Source: Bugula neritina
Taxonomy: Eukaryota; Animalia; Bryozoa
Assembly (NCBI GenBank): GCA_964035545.1
Contig: OZ037769.1
Location: 1-64,000, forward strand
DNA: 64,000 nucleotides
Direction of reading: 5' to 3'
Below, in pieces: positions 39,466 to 49,956 of the stretch (the stretch's first letter is position 1; each line of letters opens with the position of its first letter). The position numbers and the translations under genes were made by a program. The notes under the pieces are model-generated. The model made no database searches, was not told where the DNA came from, and saw nothing but the letters and a program-made list of their open reading frames with translations.

Positions 39466-40880
39466 AAATGCTCATCTTTCATCTAAAGGTTTTACAGCAC
39501 CAAAAGGTTACAGTACTGGCACGACTATATGTGGGATAATATATAAGGTAAGTTTCATTTTTCATTTTTTGATGCACATAATTTATTTGTTGAAAAATAG
39601 TTTATCAATTCAGTTTGAGACAAAGTTGTTTGTGGATTAGGTGTTATTGTTATTATTGTTCAACAATTGTTATAGCCATAATAAAAATAAATGTTAGTTG
39701 CAAAGTATTGAGTTTACACAACTTATATCTCTAAACTGTGTTCTAGGATGGAGTTATCTTGGGCATGGATACCAGGGCTACAGAAGATACTGTTGATAAG
39801 CTGGCATGCTGTCTTTAGTCTCTACTTCTTCGAGTGGACCCTACAGGCCTCAAACTCTCCACCATATGCCCTCATGGATCCTCTGACGTCGTACGTTGCA
39901 GCACCGTGGGTTCCTGCTCCCTAATTGCTATGGCTGACTTTGAGAACTGATAGAAACCGAACATGTAGGCGCTCGAAATGTGTTATGTAGCATGTAGAAA
40001 TCATTCTAGTAACTTTGCTTTCCTGTTCTCTTATAGCAGTTCACTTTTCTCTTTTCGCTCTAAAGTCTTGAAACTTTTGTAGTTTGAGCCAGGTTAAGCT
40101 GGTGTTGGAACATTTCAATGACCTGGGCCCAAGTTCCCACGTGGACCTCTGAGTTGACAACACAAAGATTACATCAGACAGGTTAGTGCAGTGTTTATCA
40201 ACCTTTTCCACTTTTTCACTTTGCATGTCAAGGCAGTTTTTCCTTTCCTTTTTTATATATGTATGAAGACTAAGACTAAGACTAAGACTAAGACTAAGAC
40301 TAAGACTAAGACTAAGACTAAGACTAAGACTAAGACTAAGACTAAGACTAAGACTAAGACTAAGACTAAGACTAAGACTAAGACTAAGACTAAGACTAAG
40401 ACTAAGACTAAGACTAAGACTAAGACTAAGACTAAGACTAAGACTAAGACTAAGACTAAGACTAAGACTAAGACTAAGACTAAGACTAAGACTAAGACTA
40501 AGACTAAGACTAAGACTAAGACTAAGACTAAGACTAAGACTAAGACTAAGACTAAGACTAAGACTAAGACTAAGACTAAGACTAAGACTAAGACTAAGAC
40601 TAAGACTAAGACTAAGACTAAGACTAAGACTAAGACTAAGACTAAGACTAAGACTAAGACTAAGACTAAGACTAAGACTAAGACTAAGACTAAGACTAAG
40701 ACTAAGACTAAGACTAAGACTAAGACTAAGACTAAGACTAAGACTAAGACTAAGACTAAGACTAAGACTAAGACTAAGACTAAGACTAAGACTAAGACTA
40801 AGACTAAGACTTGATTTTTCTTTGCAGGTAAGAAGAGAGTTTCCAAAAAAGGAATAATACATCACTGTCTAAGCCACTAG
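39466..40880 (+). pseudogene. PSMB7: Unprocessed (intron-containing) pseudogene of proteasome subunit beta type-7 (beta2)
   Basis: Exon 39466-39547 encodes (R)NAHLSSKGFTAPKGYSTGTTICGIIYK|gtaagt. Exon 39747-39968 encodes DGVILGMDTRATEDTVDK..VDPTGLKLSTICPHGSSD..TVGSCSLIAMADFEN**KPNM*. Exon 40083-40181 encodes KLVLEHFNDLGPSSHVDL*V..DYIR. A probable last exon starts at 40828 (..KKG..). These match the PSMB7 motifs TGTTI, LGADTRAT, PHGSTD, MGSGSLAAMA and FNDLGSGSN, but with stops, frameshifts and internal deletions; exon 1 was not found. Confidence 0.9.
40266..40811 (+). repeat. Perfect hexanucleotide microsatellite (AAGACT)n, ~91 copies, in the last intron of the PSMB7 pseudogene
   Basis: Uninterrupted AAGACT run; source of the KT/SL/VL ORFs. 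Confidence 0.97.
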
Positions 40881-42645
40881 ATTTTATTGTTGCATTTGTA
40901 ATCAAGTCAAATAAAATATATTTAAAAAATCAATTATATTCTTGTAAAATATTTCACTTTAAACTAAACAAAAAGTTTATATAGTTGCAATGAATGTAGT
41001 AACAATATCTGCAAGCTTATATTCAATTGATAAAAAGCATACAATTATAGTAGGGATGCTAGAGATGCCTCGAGCTGTAGATCAATACATCTCTGCTCTA
41101 GAAACGTATGGTTCGTGCAATTTATCCTGATGTCAATAACTGCTAAATATTGTATACAAGAGCCTGTAATGATGATACACAGTAATGCAAGAGAAGAAAT
41201 TCGAATTCATGTTATATTATCTCCTGAGGCATAAGGCACCTGTGCGCTCATGTCAGACCTCGGAGTCGTGGTACAAGGCACCTGCTGTAGCTACTTACAG
41301 CTAGGGTCAAAGGCTCTTCATATATGTGCTTCACTCAAGCTTTGCTGATTGGCTGACAAATGAAAAGCATCTGCTGAGATGACACTGGAAGTGATGCGGC
41401 ACGCTTGTGAGCAGCAGGCAAGGGATCTTGAATAGGAACTGGGGAGAGCTTCTACAAACAGAATAATATATTAAATTGTGACAAGTATATTCCAAACCAG
41501 CATTACTAACTTTATACACTGCCATACTTCATACCTTTGAACTAATAGTAGAGTAAAGTTAAATTTATAGATAGTTAAAACCTTAGCTTATATAATACAG
41601 AAAATTATCTGCACTTTCTGAAAGTCAAGTTGAAAAAATTAGGTAGCAAAATCATAGTATATAGACATAATCACATGTATATAAATTAGCAATCATTTAC
41701 GGTAACTGCAGCATAATGTTACCTTCTAGCCTTTCAACCTCTGCTCTTTGATGTGAAAGAAGTTAAACTGCTCTGTTTAAGTTCTCTCAAAGCTGGCATA
41801 CGAGCCTTTCCAGCAACTGTAGCGGCAACCATGACAGTCTCGAGAGTTGGTGGGTGTGCCTGCAACAGTAGTATAAAATTTTCATTGTCAAGACTGATGA
41901 CCATAAGTAGAGTCTGATGCTCATTTGACACTGAATAAACAACTAGGCCTGAGAGGCTGGATTTATCTTTTATTTCAAGGTGACCAACCTTTACCAACTG
42001 TGAAACCTATTAAACATTGTCAACTATATAACACATGACCAACTGACAGTAATACAAAACATAAATACAAGAAATATCATTATTCAGTGAAGCTACAACA
42101 CTATAAACTATCAAAAGAACAAAATTTGAATATAGAATGATATAATATAACATAAAATAGCTACCTTGTAGGTCTATGCCTAATAGAATACTGATTACTA
42201 ATTGTATTTGTCATCAGCTTGCTGTAAATAGCTTAAAATAAAGGCTATTCTCTAATGTATTGGCTTAATAGCTAACAGTAACCAGCTATAAAGCTGAGTC
42301 ATTCTAGCTTTGCAATTGAATTAGTAATAAAAACTAGTGGTGAAACAGCCTATTGTCTAGTTTAAGAAAAATTTATAAGTAGGTGTAGCATTGTCTCACC
42401 ACTGCTAGCAGACGTGAAGGAGCAGAGATGACAGTTGTAGGTCTTCTCTCCTGCATGTACCGTCTGATGATTCAGCAGCACTGATTTGGATGCAGCAGCC
42501 AATAAACACTAAGAGCACCTGGCCCCGCCTCTCACCTGTCAGGTAGATGTAGTATCATGTGAATAAGCTTTACTGAGCACAACGCATGTTACTAGGTTGA
42601 GCCGCAAAGAAAGAGTGAACAACAGTTAGTATATAAAGCATTAGG

Positions 42646-42850
42646 TTTTCATCTGAAAGCTTTACATAGCTTTTCATCTGAAAGCTTTACATAGCTTTTC
42701 ATCTGAAAGCTTTACATAGCTTTTCATCTGAAAGCTTTACATAGCTTTTCATCTGAAAGCTTTACATAGCTTTTCATCTGAAAGCTTTACATAGCTTTTC
42801 ATCTGAAAGCTTTACGTAGTTTTTCATCTGAAAGCTTTACATAGCTTTTT
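42646..42850 (+). repeat. 25-bp minisatellite TTTTCATCTGAAAGCTTTACATAGC, ~8 copies (zinc-finger pseudogene intron)
   Basis: Direct tandem repeats. Confidence 0.93.
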
Positions 42851-43456
42851 CTCTTAAAGCCTGTATAACAACAAAGCTATAATACTACAGTAGAGTGAGA
42901 TAGTGTTATAATGGGGGGGTGACAGAGGGGGTACCCACCGAGGAGTATGTGACCACAGGCTATATATAAGAAACTGGAGCAGAATTGTAGCTTAGGTTCT
43001 ATAGAAGTTAGAGCTTAGCCGGTACACTGAATACAATTCTATACAAGAGAATAAACATGTTTGTAACGCCTAAAATACTGAAAATTTATTATTTATAATA
43101 AAATTTGCTCCAAAAAGCTTATTAATATCTTCTTTTTTTAAATGCTAACATTCAGTAATAAAATGAGAAGTCATAGCCAGGATAAAACATTCTGTGAATA
43201 GGAAAACAGACACACACAATAACCAGTGTTACCAGATAAAGTCATTCTGAGGTAACGAACCTGTATGCCGCCTCATGTGCACCTCCAGGTGCTGGAGAGT
43301 TGCTGCAGATTTCACACGAGTACTTCCTTTCTACAGGCGAAGTGTGACGGCGTTCATGTTTCCTCAGTTCACTACCATGCAGTTATGAAGCATTGCCCTG
43401 TTAACAGAGTATACAATAACTACTACAGAGTATACAGTACTAGCTACAAATACTAC

Positions 43457-43603
43457 AGTTTTGAGTCAGAAAAGAAACTCATCTAACAATGTGTCACCTT
43501 TAGTAGAGATCTTGTGCATTACCTGTAGGATAATTCAGTCCAGAAGGCTAGAACATTCATCTGTAACAGCTTTCATACTCTCAGCCCTGAAATAACATGA
43601 AAG
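43457..43603 (-). repeat. ~145-bp dispersed duplication of 46604-46750 containing a 64-nt exon-like block
   Basis: Both copies read TTTCAG|GGCTGAGAGTATGAAAGCTGTTACAGATGAATGT...TACAG|GTAATG on the minus strand, with stops in all three frames. Confidence 0.8.
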
Positions 43604-43786
43604 TAAAATATAAAACATGGTGGCCGATAGGGTTCAAAAAATTACAAATATGAAAAAAAATCGATATAAAATATTTATAAACGCCACGAGTAACCCTACA
43701 TACTTCAACATGGAGAATGTTTGAGTCTGTTAACTAATATTTACTTAGTGAGTAGTAATGGTAAATAGTTACCATTTACTGCAAGT

Positions 43787-43998
43787 GAGAGGTCCGTGGC
43801 AGGCGAGAGGTCCGTGGCAGCTAGGCGAGAGGTCCGTGTCAGGCGAGAGGTCCGTGGCAGCTAGGCGAGAGGTCCGTGGCAGGCGAGAAGTCCGTGGCAG
43901 GCGAGAAGTCCGTGGCAGCTAGGCGAGAGGTCCGTGACAACTAGGCGAGAGGTCCGTGGCAGGCGAGAGGTCCGTGGCAGGCGAGAAGTCTGTGGCAG
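43787..43998 (+). repeat. 18/22-bp GC-rich minisatellite (GGCGAGAGGTCCGTGGCA[GCTA]), ~11 copies
   Basis: Tandem repeats overlapping the acceptor of a zinc-finger pseudo-exon. Confidence 0.9.
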
Positions 43999-44237
43999 AG
44001 GTAATGAAAGAAGATCAGCTGCTGTATTTAGTTGAACACTCAAGTGTCTGAGAAGCTCAACCATGACTGCACCTGACTTAATACAAGCACAATAAGATCT
44101 ACAGCTATTATACTTCTTTCTACATAGCAACAATATAGCTAAAATTCAGCTCAATTATAAAAGAAAAAGCTTTAAAAAGCAAAGCAGCTAATCTGCATGC
44201 AGTTGAATGCTTAAACTATTTAAAGTATACCCTTCCC

Positions 44238-44672
44238 CTCTATAGTTTATCATAACAGAGAGTGGGGTGAGTGTACTCTCTATAGTTTATCATAACAGAG
44301 AGTGGGGTGAGTGTACTCTCTATAGTTTATCATAACAGAGAGTGGGGTGAGTGTACTCTCTATAGTTTATCATAACAGAGAGTGGGGTGAGTGTACTCTC
44401 TATAGTTTATCATAACAGAGAGTGGGGTGAGTGTACTCTCTATAGTTTATCATAACAGAGAGTGGGGTGAGTGTACTCTCTATAGTTTATCATAACAGAG
44501 AGTGGGGTGAGTGTACTCTCTATAGTTTATCATAACAGAGAGTGGGGTGAGTGTACTCTCTATAGTTTATCATAACAGAGAGTGGGGTGAGTGTACTCTC
44601 TATAGTTTATCATAACAGAGAGGGGGGTGAGTGTACTCTCTATAGTTTATCATAACAGAGAGTGTGGTGAGG
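44238..44672 (+). repeat. 40-bp minisatellite (CTCTATAGTTTATCATAACAGAGAGTGGGGTGAGTGTACT), ~11 copies
   Basis: Near-perfect tandem repeats. Confidence 0.95.
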
Positions 44673-47467
44673 GGGCAGACAACTCATATACTGTATGTCA
44701 GCCTGTAACAAGGTTGGAAACAGTTTAACCCAAATATAAGTTCCTATATCTCTTATAAATTATTACTGTTTTATAAAGCTTCATATGCCACCCATTTGTA
44801 GATAAAATATAGTGCTTCTCTAAAGCCTGCAGTTAGTAATATATAAGGCACATAATTTACTGTTTAGGTTAGACAGATAAAATTACTGCAGAAACATTGA
44901 AGTTTATGAATCATACATTTGAAAAATATAGCATTTATTATTCATACACTAATATACGTCACATGCATACAAGAACTAAGAAACATATAATTTTCAATTA
45001 CTATGAAGGTATACTATAAAATTAATACATAAGGCATCTTAAATTAGTTATCTGTTGTATGACTTCAAGGAAAAGCTGACTATTGCTTTGTCAATTGTAA
45101 AGTAGTGGATATATAATGGATATGGAAGTCTTTAGAGATTCCAACAACAACAAGTTAAACGCTAAAGTGGCTCATTAAACCAGAATGCTAATTCAATTGA
45201 AATAAGAATTTAAGAGTAAACAGCTCAACTTTACAAAAGTTAAATCACAGTCAATTCACTTAACACAATTACATAAGAACAGTTGTGTAAGTTTAGCTAA
45301 AGTGAAGACATGGAAAGTTGACCAGGTCAACAGGTCATTTCAAAGCATATATATGCAAATTTAAAACGAGAAGACAACTGCAATTTTTTTCAGAAAAACA
45401 ACATGAAATAATTTTTTTGTTATTTTAACAAACAATTTATGTAAAAATTACATTTTTAAATATGTAGAAAAAGGCAGTCTGATACAAGACAGCCTGATAC
45501 AATAAGCATGCTAACGTCATTTAGTCCAATCAAGTTGACAACTCTTGATAGATATTTGCTTGTCATATGTCTTCTAGGCCAACTGCTAGTACAGTTTAGA
45601 GACTTCAAAGATTAAAATCACATCATTACTGGTGAATTATAAAGTTAAAAAATTCTATAACAGCTTAGTTGAAGGACTATGTTCAATAAAAAAATTCATA
45701 ACTGAAATATAAATCTTTTTCAAACACTCGTATATAATCTTAAACAAAATGAAGAAAAACTTGAAAACTATATAACTATAAAATGTATTTTGTTAATGCT
45801 TCATTATTTTTAAACACAATCAGATATATCTGCAGCCAGAACTTTATAAGTTAGGGGAAAATGACAATCTGTTGTGTATTAAACTAAAGCCATTGTTAGC
45901 ACATCAAATAAAATCCGTATTTGAAAGTTTTTGCTCACCACTTTTGGAAGTTTGGCACCAGTAGAAGTTGCACCTTCCCAATTTTCTTTAGTCAAGTTAT
46001 ATATTTTCTGTTACTTCATCATTTATTATAAACACAGAGCAGCTATTTCACAGCAAAGTCAAATTTCCCAATGCTACAAGACACAACAAGGTAAGCCAAA
46101 CACCTTAATCTGTCAAAAGGCTATCTGCATATAAAGATATTATTACATATAGACAATCAGATACTGGTGTCTTTAAATATTATACTAGAGCAGCTAAATA
46201 AATGTCTTATTTCATCCAATTGAAAAAACTAAGTGAATTGATCTATGAAGTTTCCCAACTCAAATTAGCTAACATATTGCAACCGGCTGAATTTAAAAAA
46301 TGCTAGTAAAAATGACCATAATCCGTGGGAATCTTCAAGTCTATTTCTAGATTTTAGAGTAAAGTTTCAAGCCAGCTCTACTTAGTATTTTCTAACCTGG
46401 TGGTATTCAGTTATGGAGTGTGAAACTTTACCTGTGCGAGAAAATTCTACATCAATTCTTAATCCCTAAACTTTTACATAAGAAACAGCATATAGAGTTT
46501 GAATTCATATCAAGACGTATCTGCTAATATAGACAAATGCTGACGAGTTCCGGAGGTTTCACCTCATCACTCATGGAATATGACTGAGTCTCACCAGTAA
46601 GGGAGTTTTGAGTCAGAAAAGAAACTCGTTTAACAATGTGTCACCTTTAATAGAGATCTTGTGCATTACCTGTAAGATAGTTCAGTCCATAAAGCTATGA
46701 CATTCATCTGTAACAGCTTTCATACTCTCAGCCCTGAAATTTCATGAAAGGAAGGTCTACAGCTATTATGTACCTCCATCTACATGCAGCATCTTCACAA
46801 AAACTAAACTCTAGCTTTTCTTAAGAATCAAAAAAGCTTTAAAAGCTGCAGGTATTTGAATGTTGAACAGCCTGTACTTATACATGTCAGCCTAGAACAA
46901 ATACAAGCTATTGCTAGTATCTTTTTATTGCAAAAGGAAATATTTCTCTGCTCATCATAAATTATTATTTCATAAAATACTTTAAAAAAACTTCATATAC
47001 AAAAAACATATAGATAAAAGATATCATATTTTTCTAAACATAAGCTGCTTGTAAGATACAAGGCATATTCAATGACAAAATCAAGTGGCTAAGAATAATA
47101 AGTTGCAAAATGAAAAACATAAGATTATTAAATGTATAAATTACACATTTGATGAATTTCAGTGCTATATACTCTCATACATGTCTTAGGTACAAAAGAT
47201 TTTAAAATATAAACTACAAGGTTCAGTGATTAAAACTCTGTAAATAAACATAGGAAAGTTATTATAATGGTTCGGCAGAAGTTTTGTCTGGGAAAGGTAA
47301 ATGATTGCTCCAACAATAAACTTTATTATTTAAAACAATTACAGTGGAGCAGCTGAGAGCTACATGCAAATTTAGGAATTTTTAATGACTTATAATACAA
47401 AGTTTTCTAACCAGAGTGGCATGGGCACCCAGCATACTGCAAACTAAACTTAACCATTAGGTAGTAA

Positions 47468-48470
47468 ACTAATATACTAATAGTAATACTAATAGTACTA
47501 CTAATTTACTAATAGTACTACTAATATACTAATAGTAATACTAATATAATACTAATAGTACTACTAATATACTAATAGTAATACTAATATACTAATAGTA
47601 CTACTAATATACTAATAGTACTATAGTACTATTAGTATATTAGTATTACTATTAGTAAACAAATATACTAATAGTGCTACTAATATACTAATAGTACTAC
47701 TAATATACTAATAGTACTACTAATATACTAATAGCAATACCAATATACTAATAGTAATACTAATAGTACTACTAATATACTAATAGTAATACTAATATAC
47801 TAATAGTACTACTAATATACTAATAGTAATACTAATATAATACTAATAGTACTACTAATATACTAATAGTAATACTAATATACTAATAGTACTACTAATA
47901 TACTAATAGTACTATAGTACTATTAGTATATTAGTATTACTATTAGTAAACAAATATACTAATAGTGCTACTAATATACTAATAGTACTACTAATATACT
48001 AATAGTACTACTAATATACTAATAGCAATACCAATATACTAATAGTAATACTAATAGTACTACTAATATACTAATAGTAATACTAATATACTAATAGTAA
48101 TACTAATATACTAATAGTAATACTAATATACTAATAGTAATACTAATATACTAATAGTACTACTAATATACTAATAGTAATACTAATATACTAATAGTAA
48201 TACTAATATATACTAATAGCAATACTAATATACTAATAGTACTACTAATATACTAATAGTAATACTAATATACTAATAGTACTACTAATAGTACTACTAA
48301 TATACTAATAGTACTACTAATAGTACTACTAATATACTAATAGTACTACTAATATACTAATAGTAATACTAATATACTAATAGTAATACTAATATATACT
48401 AATAGTAATACTAATATACTAATAGTAATACTAATATACTAATAGTAATACTAATATATTAATAGTACTA
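47468..48470. repeat. AT-rich ~20-bp satellite (TACTAATATACTAATAGTA[A/C]) with two inverted blocks
   Basis: Tandem repeats; fold-back centres at 47623/47624 and 47914/47915. Confidence 0.9.
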
Positions 48471-49106
48471 GTAGTCTCATAAAACAATCTCAAGTTCATA
48501 TGTAAGCTAAAAATAGGTGTATATAACCCTAATTGCAGTTCATCAAAAAGTAAATAAATTTCAACTCTTTAATGGCTTTATAAATCTTTAATATAAAAAA
48601 TTGAATCAAAATGAGTTATGCTCACTTGGTAAAATTACAACACTCTGCTAACACCTGCAGGCTAAAAATTATGAGTGCCTTTTATAGGTTTTATATGTTG
48701 TTTTTGTAGGGTTCAGCATAGGTTGGAAAAAATCTATTCTAGCAGTAGCATGCTAATGTAGCTAAGTTTTAATATTTTAATTATATCAATATGAATAAAT
48801 AATTGTAGGGTATAGGAATTTACTTTTAGCGCATAGGCCATAGTCCATAGAAAGATAGATATAAGCTGAGCTTATGTTATGAGGTAATATCATCAATTAA
48901 TCTCTAATGCTTCGAGTGAGAACACTGTTTGTTAAAGGTCTGTGACAATACAGAAATCGATGTTGGTTCTCCTCTCTTAGCAGATAGAGTGTTTGTTGAC
49001 CGATTTGATTTTAATAGTTCATCACAACTCATAAGCCCAAGGCAGATGAAAAGTTGACCAGAAAAGTACGATACAACAACAATCACAATGTTAATTTTAA
49101 ACTTAC

Positions 49107-49320
49107 CCGTAATTTGTGAGTCTTAAAGTTAATTTGGAAAAGTGAATATTGTTTGTTGAAAGATTGGATGGCGTTGAGAAGCAGCTAGATGTGTTCAAGA
49201 AGTGACTACATTGATTTTGAGTGTAGAGTGGAGCTCCGATAGTCTATGCATCCAGTCTACTTGATGATGAATGGCGCTACAGCGACGTCTGCGCCCACTC
49301 GAGCGTAACCAGTCACGTGG
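49107..49320 (-). promoter_or_regulatory. Promoter plus first non-coding exon candidate of a minus-strand transcript
   Basis: CpG-rich, with CCACGTGACTGGTTACG (E-box plus CCAAT-like), then GCCATTCATCAT, then a strong donor ACGG|GTAAGT at 49107. The ATG-initiated frame here is only 18 codons. Confidence 0.45.
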
Positions 49321-49543
49321 TTAATGCTTCGTAAAGTATCGAAAACTTGCCGACGTGGTGTCTTGATAATTATTTATAACGAATAATAATTATTTACAAA
49401 TTGTAGGCTACATGACTTTTTTTATTAACTGCCGCCGCGAAAGTAGGCAAGCGAGAAACGATAAAGCTTACTTCTTTATAAAAGTCAAGCCAAAGCTGCT
49501 TTAATAAATATTATCTAAATATTAAACCGCAAAGCTCACGTTA

Positions 49544-49615
49544 GGGGGTATAGCTCAGTGGTAGAGCAATCGGCTGCAGTCCGATAGGCCCTGGGTTCAA
49601 CTCCCAGTGCCCCCT
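49544..49615 (+). tRNA. trnC-GCA: tRNA-Cys (GCA), intronless
   Basis: Full cloverleaf: acceptor GGGGGTA/TGCCCCC, D arm GCTC/GAGC, anticodon stem ATCGG/CCGAT with loop CTGCAGT, T arm CTGGG-TTCAACT-CCCAG, discriminator T. A and B boxes intact. Confidence 0.97.
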
Positions 49616-49621
49616 TTTTTT
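49615..49621 (+). terminator. RNA polymerase III oligo-T terminator of tRNA-Cys
   Basis: T7 run beginning at the discriminator base. Confidence 0.8.
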
Positions 49622-49956
49622 AATAGCACGTAGTCAATAAGTTGCCGTTTTCTATATCAAAATTGTTTTCGCTACACTAAGTTAAAGTTGTTTCTTTTTG
49701 CACAAAACAATTTCAACCTGTGTGCTATATTTTTTGTTCTACACAGCACAACACGCTTTGGATTTTTTAGGGTTAACATGAAACCTTTACTAGTCACTAT
49801 TTCATTATTGTAATGATCACAGTTTATTTGCTAATATACATTTTATTAAAACCACAGAGCACTCATTATTCAACAATATAATAAAAAATAGTTCAAAATA
49901 TAATTCAGGTAATTAAGCTAGACAATTTAGCATTGTATATATAGAAAATAGAGTGA

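Larger units (their letters stand above)
41723..43990 (-). pseudogene. Multi-exon C2H2 zinc-finger pseudogene
   Basis: An exon ending at 43773 encodes PLTCSK(C). Exon 43261-43397 encodes CFIT..SELRKHERRHTSPVERKYSCEIC../LQHLEVHMRRHTG. Exon 42400-42535 encodes GER../RCS*CLLAAASKSVLLNHQTVHAGEKTYNCHLCSFTSASS. Exon 41723-41859 encodes ..DCHGCRYSCWKG..*. GT-AG boundaries, an HTG|ER linker split in phase 1, frameshifts, and a TAG at 42509-42511. Confidence 0.85.

Noticed and set aside
40815-40833. TTTTTCTTTGCAG|GTAAGA as a recursive splice site
   Set aside because: Better explained as the acceptor of the last PSMB7 pseudo-exon, with a probable CAA-to-TAA change creating the GTAAG.
40041-40865. Long SL/KT/VL ORFs
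   Set aside because: Translations of the (AAGACT)n microsatellite.
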